Translations under genes and position numbers: made by a program | In this document: one piece after another, positions 1-9,923 of the stretch | Layout: every line of letters starts with the position of its first letter | Position numbering within the stretch: the stretch's first letter is position 1 | Notes under the pieces: generated by a model | The model's input: the letters and a program-made list of their open reading frames with translations, nothing else | Told to the model about the DNA's origin: nothing | The model's database searches: none | Assembly (NCBI GenBank): GCA_965214705.1 | Contig: CBDCCI010000002.1 | Span: forward strand, 1,536,001 to 1,600,000 | DNA: 64,000 nt | Direction of reading: 5' to 3' | Source of the DNA: Alphaproteobacteria bacterium | GTDB lineage: Bacteria > Pseudomonadota > Alphaproteobacteria > UBA828

Positions 1-50
1 CGGCGCCGGGCCGCGGCGCCCCGGAATCATCAGCGTGCGGGAGGCCGGCG

Positions 51-1541
51 ATGCTCGAACGCTCCGAATGGTACGATATCGCGCGGGATACCAACTGGAC
101 GCCCTCCTACGTCTCGCAGGAGGCGCTGTTCCCGCCCGAGATGGGCGATCCCTACGGCATCCCCACCGAAGAGTGGGAGACCTTCGACGAGCCCTACAAG
201 GTCGCCTACCGCGAGTACGTGAACATCCAGCGCGAGAAGGATTCGGCCGCCTATTCGGTGAAGGCGGCGCTGGCGCGCTCCAAGTTCCACGACGAGGCCG
301 ACGAGGGCTGGGCCTGCGTGCTCAAGCTGCACTACGGCGCCGTGGCGCTCACCGAGTATCAGGCCTGCCAGTTCCAGGCGCGGATGTCCCGCTTCGGCCC
401 GTCGCCCGCGATGCGCAACATGTCGGTCTACGGCATGCTGGACGAGCTGCGGCACACGCAGCTTCAGCTCTTCTTCCCGCACGAGCTGGTCCACCGCGAC
501 CGCCAGTACGACTGGGCGCACGAGGCCCAGCATTCCAAGAACTGGGCGGTTTTAGGCGGCCGTCACGCGATGGACGACATCATGATGACGCGGGACGCCA
601 TCACGTCCTCGGTGATGGTCTCCTTCGCCTTCGAGACCGCGCTCACCAACCTGCAGATGATCGGGCTTTCGACCGACGCCGCCAATCTGGGCGACCACAC
701 CTTCGCCAACCTGATCACCAGCATTCAGTCGGACGAGGCCCGTCACGCCCAGCTCGGCACGCCCACCATCGAGATCATGATCCGCAACGGCCGCAAGAAG
801 GAAGCGCAGCAGGCCATGGACATCGCGCTCTGGCGGGTCTGGCGGCTCTTCTCGATCACCGTCGGCATCCCGATGGACTACTACATCCCGCTCGAGCAGC
901 GGCACATGTCCTTCAAGGAGTTCATGCACGAGTGGGTGATCAACCAGTGGGAGCGGCAGGTGCAGGACCTCGGCCTGGAGCGGCCGTGGTACTGGGACAT
1001 CTTCCTCCTCGACATCGACAACCACCACCACTGCCAGCAGGGCGGCATCTGGTCGTGGCGGCCCACGGTCTGGTGGAACCCGCCGGGCGCGGTGGGGCCC
1101 AAGGAGCGCGCGTGGCTGGAGGAGAAGTATCCCGGCTGGAACGAGAGCTACGGCAGTTACTGGGATGTCATCACCAACAACCTGCTGCAGGGGCACGAGG
1201 AGAAGACGCACCCCCAGTGCATCCCGATCATCTGCAACATGTGCCAGATCCCGATCTCGCACCGGCCGGGCCCTGAGTGGGGCGCCCGCGCCTACCAGCG
1301 CGAGTACGGCGAGCGGCGCTACAACTTCTGCACCGAGGTGTGCCGCTGGATCTTCGATACCGACCCGGAGCGCTACAAGGACCACGAGACCATCGTGGAC
1401 CGCATGTACTCGGGCGAGATCGACCCGCCGACGCTGGAGAACGTGCTCACCTACATGGGCATCGGCGTCATCAGCGAGGGCGGCCGCGACGGCCACGACT
1501 ACCGTTGGGTCGAGGGTTTTCGGGCCCAGGCGGCGGAATAG
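51..1541 (+). CDS. tmoA: Soluble di-iron monooxygenase hydroxylase alpha subunit (toluene-4-monooxygenase/alkene monooxygenase type)
   Basis: N-terminus WYDIARDTNWTPSYV; di-iron ligands ALTEY, DELRH, FAFETALTN, SDEARH; C-terminal YHS-like FCTEVCRWIF; RBS GGAGG. Confidence 0.92.
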   Translation: MLERSEWYDIARDTNWTPSYVSQEALFPPEMGDPYGIPTEEWETFDEPYKVAYREYVNIQREKDSAAYSVKAALARSKFHDEADEGWACVLKLHYGAVALTEYQACQFQARMSRFGPSPAMRNMSVYGMLDELRHTQLQLFFPHELVHRDRQYDWAHEAQHSKNWAVLGGRHAMDDIMMTRDAITSSVMVSFAFETALTNLQMIGLSTDAANLGDHTFANLITSIQSDEARHAQLGTPTIEIMIRNGRKKEAQQAMDIALWRVWRLFSITVGIPMDYYIPLEQRHMSFKEFMHEWVINQWERQVQDLGLERPWYWDIFLLDIDNHHHCQQGGIWSWRPTVWWNPPGAVGPKERAWLEEKYPGWNESYGSYWDVITNNLLQGHEEKTHPQCIPIICNMCQIPISHRPGPEWGARAYQREYGERRYNFCTEVCRWIFDTDPERYKDHETIVDRMYSGEIDPPTLENVLTYMGIGVISEGGRDGHDYRWVEGFRAQAAE

Positions 1542-1574
1542 CCAAGCGGCACCTATCGCGTTGCTGAGGGCGGC

Positions 1575-1847
1575 ATGAGCGCGTTCCCGATTCTCTCGCG
1601 CTTCCAGCAGGACGCGCACATCAAGACGGTGGAAATCGAGCCGGGTCAGACCATGGACGAGGTGGCGGCGGCCTGCGCTTTCCACTCGATCGGCTTGCAC
1701 GTGGCGGACAAGCCGGGCCGGACGCTGCGCGTGCGGCCCACAACCGAGGACGACTCCGCGCCGCCCTGGCCGCGCGATCTCACGGTCGAGAAGGCGGGCA
1801 TCCGCTTCTACGACTGCATCGACATCTATTTCGAAGAGCCCCAATAG
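1575..1847 (+). CDS. tmoB: Monooxygenase hydroxylase gamma subunit (TmoB-like)
   Basis: 90 aa, MSAFPILSRF...TMDEVAAACAFHSIG; directly after the alpha subunit. Confidence 0.85.
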   Translation: MSAFPILSRFQQDAHIKTVEIEPGQTMDEVAAACAFHSIGLHVADKPGRTLRVRPTTEDDSAPPWPRDLTVEKAGIRFYDCIDIYFEEPQ

Positions 1848-1879
1848 CCCACGCGCACAGGGGATGGAGTGATCGACGC

Positions 1880-2215
1880 ATGGCGTTCAAGAAGGCCTGC
1901 ACGCTGGACGACATCTGGGAAGGCGACATGGAGACCTTCGACGTGGACGGCACCGAGGTGCTGCTCGTCCATGTCGAGGGCGAGGGCATTCACGCGCTCC
2001 AGGCGCAGTGCCCGCATCAGGAAGTCGATCTCGTGGACGGCGATCTCGACGGCCGGGTGCTGACCTGCATGATGCATCTCTGGGAGTTCGACGTGGTGGC
2101 GGGCAAGGGAGTAAACCCGGCCGATGCCGAGATCGCCCAGTATCCGGTCAAGATCGAGGGCGAGGACGTCCTGGTCGACGTCGAGGGCATCGAGCCCAAG
2201 CATGCCAAGCCCTGA
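1880..2215 (+). CDS. tmoC: Rieske-type [2Fe-2S] ferredoxin of the monooxygenase
   Basis: CPH...CMMH Rieske motifs; 111 aa; operon position. Confidence 0.9.
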   Translation: MAFKKACTLDDIWEGDMETFDVDGTEVLLVHVEGEGIHALQAQCPHQEVDLVDGDLDGRVLTCMMHLWEFDVVAGKGVNPADAEIAQYPVKIEGEDVLVDVEGIEPKHAKP

Positions 2216-2241
2216 CCGCGGGCGGAGCGGAGGATGCGGCA

Positions 2242-2547
2242 ATGAGTGGTGACGACACGGCACGCAAGAACGCGGTCGGGCCGGTGCTGCGCGCGGGCGA
2301 GGTCGCCGACGCCGTGGTCGAGGCCCTGGAGGAGGACAATCCCGGCAAGGAGTTCACGGTCGAGGATCGGGTCGCTTACGTTCGGGCCGAGACCGAGGGC
2401 GAGTGCGTGGTGCGGGCGGAGACCGTGGCGCGGGTGCTCGGCCGGCCGTTCAAGATCGCCGAGCTGGAGATCAATCTCAGCTCATTCTCGGGCCGGATCG
2501 AGACCACCGACGACACCATGCGCTTCTACTTCGAGAAGAGGCTGTAG
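2242..2547 (+). CDS. tmoD: Monooxygenase effector/coupling protein (MmoB/DmpM family)
   Basis: NAVGPVLRAG...EDNPGKE...EINLSSFSGRI; ATG at 2242 after GGAG/GAGG. Confidence 0.88.
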   Translation: MSGDDTARKNAVGPVLRAGEVADAVVEALEEDNPGKEFTVEDRVAYVRAETEGECVVRAETVARVLGRPFKIAELEINLSSFSGRIETTDDTMRFYFEKRL

Positions 2548-2550
2548 GTA

Positions 2551-2769
2551 CTATCCAACCGGACAGGACCGTATCCAGTTGCTGCAAGTTTCCATTTCGC
2601 CTGAAGTGCGGCTAGAGACCCCCCCACCTCACCCCGGCCCTCTCCGCCCCCAGGGGCGGAGAGGGAGAGCCGCGTCGGCCCCACCCACGTCCCCCCTCCG
2701 CCTTTGGGGGAGGGGGACAGGGGGAGGTGGTTGTTCTTCGGACCGCAGTGATCCAGTCAGGCCGGATAA
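2551..2769. repeat. REP/MITE-like palindromic intergenic element
   Basis: Perfect hairpin CCCTCTCCGCCCC-CA-GGGGCGGAGAGGG (2638-2665); a related imperfect hairpin in opposite orientation (2689-2718); outer CCACCTC/GAGGTGG arms; imperfect terminal inverted repeats near 2551-2568 and 2752-2769. Confidence 0.6.
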
Positions 2770-2818
2770 CGCTCCAGAGACTCGCTCGCGTTGGACGCGA
2801 AGGGCATTGGGCTGAGGC

Positions 2819-3118
2819 ATGGCGATTGAGGGTGAAGGCGGGCGTGTTCAGGCTGCGATCCGCCAAAAACTGAGCGAGGCGCTCGCACCCAGCCGCCTCG
2901 ATATCGTGGACGATTCCGCGCGCCATGCCGGCCATGTCGGCGCGCGGCCCGAGGGCGAGAGCCACTTCATCGTGGAGATCGCCTCGGCGCAGTTTGCGGG
3001 TCTCTCGCGGGTCGCCCGCCAGCGTCTGGTCCACAGCGTGCTCGAAGACGAGCTGCGCACCGACGTGCACGCGCTGGCGCTCAAGACCGTCACGCCTGAG
3101 GAGGACGCCGCGCAGTAG
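2819..3118 (+). CDS. bolA: BolA family protein
   Basis: DDSARHAGH...ESHF...F.GLSRVARQRLV...VHALAL. Confidence 0.9.
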   Translation: MAIEGEGGRVQAAIRQKLSEALAPSRLDIVDDSARHAGHVGARPEGESHFIVEIASAQFAGLSRVARQRLVHSVLEDELRTDVHALALKTVTPEEDAAQ

Positions 3119-3124
3119 GACGGC

Positions 3125-4057
3125 TTACTCCGCCGCCATCAGCGTCTCGACGTGGGCTGCGGCGCTGGCGCCGAGGGCGCGCAGGTCGTAGCCGCCTTCC
3201 AGGGTCGAGACCACGCGTCCGTCGCACACCTCGCCCGCGAGCCGGGTCAACTGCGTGGTGATCCAGCGGTAGTCGTCCTCGACGAGCTCCAGGTTCGCCA
3301 GCGGATCGTCGCGGTGCGCATCGAAGCCGGCGGAGATCAGGATCATCTCGGGGCGGAAGGCGCGAAGCGCCGGCAGCATGCGGCTCTCCATCGCATCGCG
3401 GAAGCCGGCTGAGCCCGTGCCCGGCGAGAGCGGCGCGTTGACGATGTTGCCGACGCCGGTCTCGCTTGCAGCGCCTGTGCCCGGATAGAGCGGCCACTGA
3501 TGGGTCGAGCCGAAGAAGAGGTCGCCGTCCTGCTCGAACGCGGCTTGCGTGCCGTTGCCGTGGTGGACGTCGAAGTCGATCACGGCGATCCGCGTCAGCC
3601 CGTGGGTGCGCCGCGCCCGCTCAGCCCCGATCACGACGTTGTTGAAGAGGCAGAAGCCCATCGGCCGACGGGGCTCGGCGTGGTGGCCGGGCGGACGCAC
3701 CGCGCAGAAGGCGTTGTCCGCCTCGCCGGTGAACACCGCATCCACCGCAGCCGCAACCGCACCCGCCGCCCGTCGCGCCGCCTCGCCCGAGGCGGGCGAA
3801 ATCACCGTGTCAGCGTCGATGGCGACGCGTCCCTCATCGGGCACGTTCGCGAGAATGGCGTCCACCAGCTTCTCGTCGTGCGCCCAGGCAAGGATCTCGG
3901 CATCGCCCATGGGCGCCTCGCGGCGATCGAGCGGCTCGAAGGCGTCGGCGGCCAGCGCATCCTCAATCGCCCCCAACCGCGCGCCCGATTCCGGGTGACG
4001 CGCGCCGGGGTCGTGGTCCGCGCACACGGGATGGCTGTATAGGATCGTCTTCGCCAC
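3125..4057 (-). CDS. Histone deacetylase-like amidohydrolase (AcuC/acetylpolyamine amidohydrolase family)
   Basis: [41 protein letters not shown] motifs. Confidence 0.92.
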   Translation of the reverse strand: MAKTILYSHPVCADHDPGARHPESGARLGAIEDALAADAFEPLDRREAPMGDAEILAWAHDEKLVDAILANVPDEGRVAIDADTVISPASGEAARRAAGAVAAAVDAVFTGEADNAFCAVRPPGHHAEPRRPMGFCLFNNVVIGAERARRTHGLTRIAVIDFDVHHGNGTQAAFEQDGDLFFGSTHQWPLYPGTGAASETGVGNIVNAPLSPGTGSAGFRDAMESRMLPALRAFRPEMILISAGFDAHRDDPLANLELVEDDYRWITTQLTRLAGEVCDGRVVSTLEGGYDLRALGASAAAHVETLMAAE

Positions 4058-4195
4058 GGCCTGCCCTCCAGTTGCCCAGAGCCTAGCACGGCCTTATCGA
4101 CGATGTTCCGCCGAAGCAAAATTCGCGGCTCATTGGGGCTGGACCTGCGCCGGATAATCGCCACATTGTGGATTAACGATTCGAGGGAGGAATCG

Positions 4196-5575
4196 ATGCG
4201 CTTCCCGCTGTTGCTGCTCACCCCCATCGCGCTCGCGGTCACGCTCTTCGCCGCGGCCCCGGCGCACACGCACATGACGGCCGACGAGGTGCCCTCGCTG
4301 GCTCCGCTCGTGAAGGAGAGCGCGCCGGCGGTGGTCAACATCAGGACCGTGGGCCAACTGGAGGAGGCGCCGCAGCATCCCTTCTTCGACAACCCTTTCT
4401 TCGAGCGCTTCTTCGGCGAACGTGAGCGCGAACGCCCGCGCCGCCGCCAGCCGCGCCGCAGCCAGGCGGCCGGCTCGGGTGTGATCGTGGACGCGGAGCA
4501 GGGCTATCTGCTCACCAACCAGCACGTGATCGCGGACGCGCACGAGATCGCCGTGACCCTCACCGATGGCCGCAGATTCGAGGCCGAGGTGGTGGGCGCC
4601 GATCCGGGGACCGACGTGGCGTTGCTCAAGATCGACGCGGACTCGCTTTCCGCCATGCCGCTCGCCGATTCGGACGCATTGCAGGTGGGCGATTACGTCG
4701 TCGCCATCGGCAACCCGTTCGGGCTCGGCCAGACCGTCACCGCCGGCATCGTGAGCGCGGTCGGCCGTTCGGGGCTCGGCATCGAATCCTACGAGGATTT
4801 CATTCAGACCGACGCGGCCATCAATTTCGGCAATTCGGGTGGCGCGCTCATGAATCTCAAGGGCGAGCTGGTCGGCATCAACACCGCCATCTTCGCGCGG
4901 GCAGGCGGCAACATCGGCATCGGCTTCGCGATCCCGATCAACATGGCCCGCCAGATCATGGACCAGCTCCTCACCCACGGCGAGATCCAGCGCGGCCGCA
5001 TCGGCGTGCAGATTCAGGACCTAACGCCCGATCTCGCCGAGGCGCTCGGCACCACCCACCAGAAGGGTGCTGTGGTAGCCCAGGTAATCCCAGGAACGCC
5101 GTCGGCGGCGGCGGGTATCCAACCCGGCGACGTGGTCGTCGGGATGAATGGTGAGCCGGTCTCCGGCTCGTCCGACCTCCGCAACATGGTCGGCATGCTG
5201 CGGGTGGGCGATGCGGTTCAGCTCACCATCGTCCGCGAGGGAGAGACGATGACGATCGATCTCGCGGTCGGCGAAATCGGCGAGGTGGCGCTCGGCGCCG
5301 GGAGCCAGATCCCCCAGCTCGAGGGCGCGGTGTTCGGGCCGCTCGGCTCGTCCTCACCCCTCTACGGCAAGGTGAAGGGCGTGCTCGTTGTGAGCGTCGA
5401 GGCCGATACGCCCGCCTGGGACGCGGGGCTTCGCGAGGACGATGTTATCACCTCGGTTAACCGCCGCCCGGTGGAGACTCCCAACGAAATCATCCAGGTG
5501 GTGGAGGAGACCGGGCTCCCGATCCTGATGAACGTCAGGCGTGGCGACGGGGCACTCTTCCTGTTGATCCGCTGA
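4196..5575 (+). CDS. degQ: Periplasmic HtrA serine endoprotease with two PDZ domains (DegQ/DegP)
   Basis: Signal peptide; catalytic [24 protein letters not shown]; PDZ repeats; ATG 4196 after GGAGG. Confidence 0.9.
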   Translation: MRFPLLLLTPIALAVTLFAAAPAHTHMTADEVPSLAPLVKESAPAVVNIRTVGQLEEAPQHPFFDNPFFERFFGERERERPRRRQPRRSQAAGSGVIVDAEQGYLLTNQHVIADAHEIAVTLTDGRRFEAEVVGADPGTDVALLKIDADSLSAMPLADSDALQVGDYVVAIGNPFGLGQTVTAGIVSAVGRSGLGIESYEDFIQTDAAINFGNSGGALMNLKGELVGINTAIFARAGGNIGIGFAIPINMARQIMDQLLTHGEIQRGRIGVQIQDLTPDLAEALGTTHQKGAVVAQVIPGTPSAAAGIQPGDVVVGMNGEPVSGSSDLRNMVGMLRVGDAVQLTIVREGETMTIDLAVGEIGEVALGAGSQIPQLEGAVFGPLGSSSPLYGKVKGVLVVSVEADTPAWDAGLREDDVITSVNRRPVETPNEIIQVVEETGLPILMNVRRGDGALFLLIR

Positions 5576-5613
5576 CGCTCTGCCGCAGCCAAGCGTTCGC
5601 GTGTGCCGCGCGC

Positions 5614-6381
5614 TCACGCGGTGATGCGCATCTGGATGGGGCCTTCGGCACGCTGGTTGATCAGTTGGTCCAGGTAGGCGTTGCCGCTCTCGTCGATCTC
5701 GTCGGGTGCGCCCTGCCACATGATCGTGCCCTCGTGCAGCATGGCGAGGCGGTCGAAGCTGCGCCGGGCGATCGCCATGTCGCTGGTCACGGTGAGCGCG
5801 GTCGCGCCGCTTCGTTTTATGGCGCCCCGGATGAGCGAGACGATCGTGCCGGTCAGGATCGGGTCGAGGCCGGCGGTCGGGTCGTCGAGCACGAGGAAGC
5901 GCGGCTCGGCGGCGATCGCGCGGCCCAGTGCCACGCGCTTCTGCATCCCACCGGAAAGCTCCGCCGGCGACAGGTCGGCGACGTCGGGCTTGAGACCCAC
6001 CGACGCGAGGGTTTCGAGCGCCCGGTCTCTGGCAGCACGCCGGTTCATCCCGTGGCCGTGAATCAGGGTGAAGGCCACGTTCTCCCACACGGTGAGGCTG
6101 TCGAAGAGCGCGTTCTGCTGAAACAGCACGCCCACGTCGCGCATCAGGCGCTCCAGCCCGCTCTTGTCGAGGGTCGCGAGAGCGGTGTCGCCGTAGCGGA
6201 CGCTGCCGCTGTCCATGGGCAGCAGCCCGAGCAGGCATTTCAGCAGCACCGACTTGCCGCCCGAGGAGGGGCCCACCAGGACGGTCGAGCGCCCCTCCGG
6301 CACGTCGAGATCGGCGCCGCGCAGCACCGGCTTGCCGTCGAACGCCTTGACCACGCCGCGCGCCGTGACCGTAATGCTCAT
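5614..6381 (-). CDS. ABC transporter ATP-binding protein (MlaF/Ttg2A-like)
   Basis: Walker A GPSSGGKS; ALFDSLTVWENVAF; LSGGMQKRVALGRA; DDPTAGLDP. Confidence 0.85.
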   Translation of the reverse strand: MSITVTARGVVKAFDGKPVLRGADLDVPEGRSTVLVGPSSGGKSVLLKCLLGLLPMDSGSVRYGDTALATLDKSGLERLMRDVGVLFQQNALFDSLTVWENVAFTLIHGHGMNRRAARDRALETLASVGLKPDVADLSPAELSGGMQKRVALGRAIAAEPRFLVLDDPTAGLDPILTGTIVSLIRGAIKRSGATALTVTSDMAIARRSFDRLAMLHEGTIMWQGAPDEIDESGNAYLDQLINQRAEGPIQMRITA

Positions 6382-6472
6382 GGCACGTCTCTAGCGCGGC
6401 CCGCGCCCAAAGTCGAACCACACCCTGGGGAGAGGTCGGTGTCCTGCCGGCTGACAAGTGAGGACTCCGGAT

Positions 6473-7729
6473 ATGTCAAACGACACGCTGCTTGAACGCC
6501 GGCACCGGCTGCTGGGTGCCGGCGCGCCGCTCTTCTACGACCGTCCGCTCCACCTGGTGAAAGGGGAGGGGGTCCGGGTCTGGGACAGCGACGGGCGGGT
6601 CTACCTCGACGCCTACAACAACGTGCCCCACGTCGGCCACTGCCATCCCCATGTGGTGGAGGCGCTGGCGAATCAGGCCGGTCGGCTCAATCTCTCCACC
6701 CGCTATCTGGACGAGCGCATCCTCGACTACGGCGAGGCCCTGACGGCTACGTTTGCGGACGAGCTCTCCCGCGTCTCGTTGGTCTGCTCGGGCACCGAGG
6801 CCAGCGAGCTCGCGCTCAGAATGGCCCGCGCCTGCACGGGCAACGAGGGCGTCATCGTCACCGACTTCTGCTACCACGGGAACTCCGCCGTGGTCGCCGG
6901 GCTCTGCACTGCGTTCGCGATGCCCGAGGGCATCGACCCCAGGGTGCGCACGATCAGGGTGCCCGAGGCCGACGACGACCCGGCCGAGGCGGCGGCCGAG
7001 GTGGAGGCGGCCATCGCCTCGATGGCCGAGGCCGGCATGAAGCCCGCCGCGATCTTTTTCGACACGATATTCGCGACCGAGGGCATGCCGGCCGTGCCCG
7101 TGGGTTACGTCGAGCAGGCCGTCGCGCTCACCCGCCAAGCAGGTGGGCTCTACATCGCGGACGAGGTGCAGCCGGGCCTTGGGCGCACGGGCGCCGGGAT
7201 GTGGGGGCATCAGCTCTACGACGCCGTGCCTGACCTCGTGACCCTCGGCAAGCCGCTCGGCAACGGCCATCCGCTCGCGGGCGTCGTCGCCCGGCCTGAC
7301 CTGATCGACGATTTCGCGGACAGGGCGATGTACTTCAACACCTTCGGCGGCAACCCGGTCTCCTGTGCGGTGGGGCATGCGGTGCTGGAGGTGGTCGAGC
7401 AGGAACGCCTGATGGAGAACGCGCGCAAGGTCGGCGAGCACCTGCAGGAGGGGCTGCTGGCTCTCGGCAACAAGCACGCCATGATCGGCGCGCCGCGCGG
7501 GCGGGGGTTCTTCACGGGCGTTCCGTTCTTCGCCGACGGGGACAGGGAAACGCCGGCGCCGGACCTGACCAAGGCCGCCGTGAACGGGATGCGCGATCGC
7601 GGCGTGCTGATCAGCCGCACCGGCCGGCACGATCACGTGCTCAAGATTCGCCCGCCCATGCCGTTCTCCGCCGCCGACGCGGATCAGCTTCTCGCCGCTC
7701 TCGACGAAACCCTCGATTCGCTCGTGTGA
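6473..7729 (+). CDS. Class III PLP-dependent aminotransferase / phospho-lyase-like enzyme
   Basis: YLDAYNNVPHVGHCHP, ADEVQPGLGRTG, LVTLGKPLGNG, YFNTFGGNPV, VLKIRPP. Confidence 0.88.
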   Translation: MSNDTLLERRHRLLGAGAPLFYDRPLHLVKGEGVRVWDSDGRVYLDAYNNVPHVGHCHPHVVEALANQAGRLNLSTRYLDERILDYGEALTATFADELSRVSLVCSGTEASELALRMARACTGNEGVIVTDFCYHGNSAVVAGLCTAFAMPEGIDPRVRTIRVPEADDDPAEAAAEVEAAIASMAEAGMKPAAIFFDTIFATEGMPAVPVGYVEQAVALTRQAGGLYIADEVQPGLGRTGAGMWGHQLYDAVPDLVTLGKPLGNGHPLAGVVARPDLIDDFADRAMYFNTFGGNPVSCAVGHAVLEVVEQERLMENARKVGEHLQEGLLALGNKHAMIGAPRGRGFFTGVPFFADGDRETPAPDLTKAAVNGMRDRGVLISRTGRHDHVLKIRPPMPFSAADADQLLAALDETLDSLV

Positions 7730-7739
7730 CCGGGCGCCA

Positions 7740-8759
7740 ATGACCGACTTCTATCGCCTGCCGCTCGATGAGCGGGCCGAACGCCTGCGCGGGCTTGCGG
7801 TCGAGGCTCTCCTCCGTTGGAGCGTGGAGGAATGCGAGCCCGAGATCGTCAAGTTTCGCGAGAACGCGATCTTCCGGGTGGTTTCAGCGGATGGGGACGA
7901 CGCCGTGCTCCGTGTTCACCGCCACGGCTACCACAGCGATGCGGCGCTCCGCTCCGAGCTTGCCTGGATGGAGGCGCTGCACGCCGAAGGCATCGACGCG
8001 CCGGCGGTGATCCCGAGCGCCGCCGGAGAGCGGTTCGAGACGGTGCAGACCGCAGGCGTGCCGGAGCCTCGCCAGGTGGACATGCTGACCTGGATGCCCG
8101 GTATCCCCATCGGCACCCTGGAGGAAGGCCTGAACCCGGCGATTGGAGACGTGCACGCGGCCTTCGCCGGAGTCGGCCGGCTTTGCGCCCGACTTCACAA
8201 TCAGGCCGAAGCGTGGCCGCTGCCGACGGGCTTCACCCGCCATGCCTGGGATCGCGACGGGCTCGTGGGCCCGGAGCCGCTTTGGGGCCGTTTCTGGGAA
8301 GCCGCCGTGCTCGGCGCCGAGGAGCGCCGCCTGATCGATCGGGCCCGCACCAGCGTCCACGATGCGCTGACGGTCTACGGCCGCTCTCCGCGCCGCTATG
8401 GCTTGATTCACGCAGACTTCAACCTCGACAACATGCTGCTCGACGGCGATCGGGTGATCCCCCTCGACTTCGATGATTGCGGCTTCGGCTGGCACCTCTT
8501 CGACCTGGTGACGGTCTGGACGATGTTTCACGGCAGCGATCTGGCTGAGGCCATCCACGCAGGGGTCGTCGAGGGCTATCGCCGCCACCGCGCCCTGCCG
8601 GACGAGGAGCTCGCCCACTTTCCGCTCTTCGAGCTTGCGCGCGCCTTCAGCTACCTCGGCTGGGTTCACACGCGGTCGGAAACCGCAAGCGCGCAAAGCT
8701 TGGCGCCCGAAGTCGCCGAGCTCGCATGCACGCTGGCGGAGGAATATCTTCGCGGATAA
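7740..8759 (+). CDS. APH/homoserine kinase type II-like phosphotransferase
   Basis: RENAIFRV, VLRVHR, LIHADFNLDN, LDFDDCGFGW motifs. Confidence 0.85.
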   Translation: MTDFYRLPLDERAERLRGLAVEALLRWSVEECEPEIVKFRENAIFRVVSADGDDAVLRVHRHGYHSDAALRSELAWMEALHAEGIDAPAVIPSAAGERFETVQTAGVPEPRQVDMLTWMPGIPIGTLEEGLNPAIGDVHAAFAGVGRLCARLHNQAEAWPLPTGFTRHAWDRDGLVGPEPLWGRFWEAAVLGAEERRLIDRARTSVHDALTVYGRSPRRYGLIHADFNLDNMLLDGDRVIPLDFDDCGFGWHLFDLVTVWTMFHGSDLAEAIHAGVVEGYRRHRALPDEELAHFPLFELARAFSYLGWVHTRSETASAQSLAPEVAELACTLAEEYLRG

Positions 8760-8768
8760 CCGGCCGGC

Positions 8769-9884
8769 TTACGGGAAGAGCGTGAGCACGCCGGTGTAGC
8801 CGTAGAGCCGGTTGTGCGATATCTCGCCGTTACAGAAGAAGCCTACCAGCGGCACGTCGCCGAGAGTTCGTTCAATCAGCCGCAGTTCCTCGGACGTTTC
8901 GCCGAACATGTTGGGGCCGCGGGCGAGACAGCTGATGTAGAGGGCGCCACGCGGCTCGGCACCGGCCCGGCGCTTTACCGACTCCACCATGCGGCCGAGA
9001 TCGTGCTCTGCGGCGGCCGCGTCCCGGCGGCAGAACTGAACCTGAGTGCCGCGCTCCACCAGCTCGCCGATGCCGATCAGCCCCCGGTCGACGTCGAAGC
9101 CCACGATGTTGCGCACCAGATAGTCGCCAGTATCGCTGCCCGAGACCGGCAGGGAGGCGAAGATGAGGCCGCCGACCCGACGCAGGTCGCTGGCGAGCTC
9201 CTCGCCGATCTCCTCCTTGAAAATCTCCAGCGCCGGTCGGCCGTTGAGCTCGATCAGGATGTTGGCCCGGCAGTCGGTGATCTCGTGGATCGCGCCGATG
9301 GGCATGCAGCTCTGGCTGAGCGCGGTGGCGACGGCGACGGTGTCCGACAGGAGGACGCCGGAGAGCCCGCCCTCGGTAACGCCGCCTGCAATTTGCGCGG
9401 GCACGGCGCGCGACGACGAGAGCCCGCCGACCAGGAAGCCGTCCAGCTCGTCGGCGAGATCCGCGACGATATCGCCCGTACGCTGGTTGCGCGGGTCGGC
9501 GTGAACGATGCCGAAGTGTGCGGGCGCGCGGGCAATCCACGCGCCGTTCGAGCGGCTGAACTCGCCCAGGTCGTCGCGGATGGTCTCGAAGACTCGATAG
9601 CTCTGCTGGTCGAGGTCGGCGATCATGACCGCTGCGGCGGGCTCGTCGAAATACTCTCGCCCGGTGGCGCAGATGCCGATGCCGACCGAGCCCACCCACT
9701 CGTCGATGCCGGTCGCGCGCTTGAGGCGGTCCAGCCCGGCGGGCAGATGATCGCCGATCGAGTCGGTCACGTAGAGCATGCCGAGGCCCTGCTGCGGCAG
9801 TGTCGGCCCGAGCCGCTGGATGCAGGCTTCGATGGCGGCTTCGCCGGTCGGCCCGCCGGCGTGGGCGAAATGAAATCGGGTCAT
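8769..9884 (-). CDS. FIST N/C domain signal transduction protein
   Basis: FLVGGLSSS, DYLVRNIVG, C-terminal PLVGFFCNGEI...YGYTGVL. Confidence 0.85.
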   Translation of the reverse strand: MTRFHFAHAGGPTGEAAIEACIQRLGPTLPQQGLGMLYVTDSIGDHLPAGLDRLKRATGIDEWVGSVGIGICATGREYFDEPAAAVMIADLDQQSYRVFETIRDDLGEFSRSNGAWIARAPAHFGIVHADPRNQRTGDIVADLADELDGFLVGGLSSSRAVPAQIAGGVTEGGLSGVLLSDTVAVATALSQSCMPIGAIHEITDCRANILIELNGRPALEIFKEEIGEELASDLRRVGGLIFASLPVSGSDTGDYLVRNIVGFDVDRGLIGIGELVERGTQVQFCRRDAAAAEHDLGRMVESVKRRAGAEPRGALYISCLARGPNMFGETSEELRLIERTLGDVPLVGFFCNGEISHNRLYGYTGVLTLFP

Positions 9885-9923
9885 CCTCTGCGTCCCGGCG
9901 CTGTGGCGCAGCTAATGGTGCGC

